Shown: piece by piece, positions 52,129 to 53,932 of the stretch
Layout of the letters: each line of letters starts with the position of its first letter
Position numbering within the stretch: position 1 is the first letter of the stretch
Assembly (NCBI GenBank): GCA_016784125.1
Contig: JADHVI010000005.1
Location: 1-53,932, forward strand
Direction: 5' to 3'
Length of the DNA: 53,932 nucleotides
Source of the DNA: Candidatus Woesearchaeota archaeon
GTDB lineage: Archaea; Nanobdellota; Nanobdellia; Woesearchaeales; GCA-2686295
Translations under genes and position numbers: made by a program
The notes under the pieces: generated by a model
Seen by the model: only the letters and a program-made list of their open reading frames with translations
Told to the model about the DNA's origin: nothing
Database searches by the model: none

Positions 52129-52995
52129 TTGACAGAATTAAACATTTTTCCACATTCATTAAAACACCAAATTGACTTAAAGGTATCTGATCTTGATGGA
52201 ACAATGGGACATGGTAATATTTCTCCTGCGAGCGCCCGGTCAATCCACGAATTTTTAATGGCTGATTATAATAACCGATTCATTGGAGCTTCTGGTAGAG
52301 CTGCTTTTTCTACAAGAGATGAACTTATTAGAGTTGGTTTAGGAGAGTTTCTAGACACTAGAATTGATATTATTGGCTTTAACGGCGGTTATGCAACTCA
52401 TAATGGTGAAGTCATTCTTGACAGACCCTTAAATCCTGAACTTGTAAGCAGAATTAGAGAAAATTGTTTGAAACATAATAAAAATGCTTTGTTTTACGGA
52501 ACATCTGTGATGTATGTAACAGAAGCAACTAAGCAATTTCGTCTTGTAGCTGATATGATGGGTTATGAATTAGTTGAAGGAATTCCAGAAAATGAAACTT
52601 GTTATGTTATTGATCTATTAAAATGGCCTGATGAAGATTTTGAGACATTAGAACAAATATGGGGTACAGCTGATTTGAGAGCCAATCAAGGAAGAAAAAT
52701 GTTCTTTGGACATTCTTCAGTAGGCGATCCAAATATGCAATGGCTTGAAATAGTACCTCCAAACGTTGATAAGGTTTATCCAATGATAGAAATAATGGAA
52801 CAATTAGGAATTTCTCCTCAAAGGACATTTGTCATTGGAGATCATGTAAATGATAAAGGAATGGTTAGTCTTGATGGGGTTGTAGGTGTGGCGATGGGTA
52901 ATGCACCTGTACAATTAAAAGAAGTCGCAAAGTTTGTCACCAAACCTGTAAGAGAAGAAGGCTTCAGTTATGCTTCTAAATATTTAATTCTATGA
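52129..52995 (+). CDS. HAD superfamily Cof-like (subclass IIB) hydrolase
   Basis: SDLDGT, ASGR, NGG, WLEIVP..VDK, IGDHVND..M, AMGNA; start codon uncertain (TTG). Confidence 0.9.
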   Translation: MTELNIFPHSLKHQIDLKVSDLDGTMGHGNISPASARSIHEFLMADYNNRFIGASGRAAFSTRDELIRVGLGEFLDTRIDIIGFNGGYATHNGEVILDRPLNPELVSRIRENCLKHNKNALFYGTSVMYVTEATKQFRLVADMMGYELVEGIPENETCYVIDLLKWPDEDFETLEQIWGTADLRANQGRKMFFGHSSVGDPNMQWLEIVPPNVDKVYPMIEIMEQLGISPQRTFVIGDHVNDKGMVSLDGVVGVAMGNAPVQLKEVAKFVTKPVREEGFSYASKYLIL

Positions 52996-53018
52996 TAGAT
53001 GAAAATATCTAAATAATA

Positions 53019-53438
53019 TTATTTTCTATACCAGCCACCATTGTTAATTCTAAACCTAACATCTTCAAACCTCTCAATATTGAACTATATTTGCCAATTA
53101 TCATGAAAACTTACAAAAATAACAAAAACCTTTATCCCTAAGGCCAATGCATTTTTATAACAATAATAGCTTTTTCTAGTAATATCAGGAATTCTTTTGA
53201 TACTGTCTGTAACAGTTTTCACTTCAAATAATTCTAATTCATTATTAGGATTCACTCTAAATAAATCAATTGAATTCCAATGAATTTTTAAAAACTCAGA
53301 ATATTTTTTGGTCAACCAATTATATTTAGAGAAATACTTACTTCTAGTACAAAAAGCTTTGACATGAAAAGATGCAAGAAGCTCAGCTACAGCCCCTCTC
53401 CGATTATAATCTGTCTTTAGGGAATATTTTCTATTCAT
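53019..53438 (-). pseudogene. Small PD-(D/E)XK nuclease-like protein, possibly truncated by an in-frame TAG at 53085-53087
   Basis: RGAVAELLA helix, IDLF...LFEVKT motif; after the TAG the frame continues FNIERFEDVRFRINNGGWYRK to TAA at 53019. Confidence 0.5.
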
Positions 53439-53514
53439 AAACTAAAAATAAGAGAATGTATTTTTAACTATGTCCGAGATAATTCCGGAATATTTTTTGA
53501 ATGAATAGAAAATA

Positions 53515-53752
53515 TCCCCCCGCCCAGACTTTCATCCCGATTTTGCATGCTTGAGCATTACAGAAACTTGTTTCTGAACCTCAAAAACCCAGGGTTTTTG
53601 TAGGAAGCGAAACATACTTTGTCTTCAATGGGCAAAACCGTTGTTTTGAACCGGGGACCTTTCGGTCTCGACTGGCTACATTTCATTCATACCCTTCGGG
53701 TTAGTCATATAGCATCTACAGCCGAACGCTCTAGCCGCTGAGCTACGGGGGG
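53515..53752 (-). tRNA. tRNA-Tyr(GTA) with two introns: 49 nt at 37/38 (53667-53715) and 116 nt at 59/60 in the T-loop (53529-53644)
   Basis: Acceptor CCCCCCG/CGGGGGG-A (C1:G72 Tyr identity), D arm GCTC-AGCGGCTA-GAGC, anticodon TTCGG-CTGTAGA-CCGAA, T arm CCCGG-TTCAAAT-CTGGG after splicing; TTCA/TGAA helix with 3-nt bulges; TATA TTTATAAA at 53778-53785. Confidence 0.9.
53561..53600. repeat. Two-hairpin module (copy 6) inside the tRNA-Tyr T-loop intron
   Basis: CAGAAAC-TT-GTTTCTG followed by CAAAAACCC-A-GGGTTTTTG. Confidence 0.6.
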
Positions 53753-53810
53753 AATAGAGGAGAAAAATTTGTGTTCGTTTATAAAATTTGTTATAGAAAG
53801 AACAATTTGT

Positions 53811-53930
53811 TTACATGTAACTTGCAAATACTCTTCTGAAATGATATCCATGTATTGCAAATGTTATTGCTACAGGAAACTGCGAAGGCCTTTTGAATAG
53901 TGTCCAGAAAAAGAGTTGCCAGTATTGAGC
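53811..53930 (-). CDS. 3' end of a gene entering from beyond the window; resembles the DUF4070 C-terminus of B12-binding radical SAM proteins
   Basis: Manual translation AQYWQLFFWTLFKRPSQFPVAITFAIHGYHFRRVFASYM-stop. Confidence 0.6.
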   Translation of the reverse strand, partial: AQYWQLFFWTLFKRPSQFPVAITFAIHGYHFRRVFASYM

Positions 53931-53932
53931 TC

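Noticed and set aside
53085-53087. Genome-wide TAG reassignment or pyrrolysine
   Set aside because: TAG terminates conserved genes (rps28e, rpl24e, nusA) at their expected ends, and no pyl genes are present in the window.
1-53932. CRISPR array, transposase, integrase or provirus
   Set aside because: No regularly spaced repeat-spacer array and no ORF with transposase, recombinase or virion motifs was seen.

Overview
AT-rich archaeal chromosomal segment, most consistent with a DPANN (Woesearchaeota-like) genome. The taxon is inferred from split rpoB/rpoA, eL24/eS28/eL30/L7Ae, archaeal TATA/leaderless promoters, bacterial-type DnaK/DnaJ/GrpE and many orphan ORFs. Core content: a 5'-truncated giant surface glycoprotein, the grpE-dnaK-(OLD nuclease)-dnaJ cluster, kae1, a rearranged str/RNA polymerase region (rpoH-B''-B'-A'-A''-L30e-nusA-orphan-S12, and separately L7Ae-S28e-L24e-ndk-adk-MazG-EF2-EF1a-S10; no S7 in the window), elp3, an m5C RNA methyltransferase, a prepilin peptidase, two histidine kinases and a receiver protein. 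Three intron-containing tRNAs lie on the minus strand (Lys-TTT, Asp-GTC, Tyr-GTA), two with non-canonical introns. Most striking observations: (1) a bifunctional class A penicillin-binding protein with recognisable transglycosylase and transpeptidase motifs, under an archaeal promoter and next to a degenerate cis-prenyltransferase; (2) an OLD ATPase-Toprim nuclease wedged between dnaK and dnaJ; (3) a family of CAAAAA-Nx-TTTTTG hairpin modules shared between intergenic spacers and a tRNA intron; (4) tandem kink-turns in the L7Ae leader; (5) an unannotated 18-aa micro-ORF, a pair of catalytically degenerate HIT proteins and a homopolymer-frameshifted membrane glycosyltransferase-like gene.
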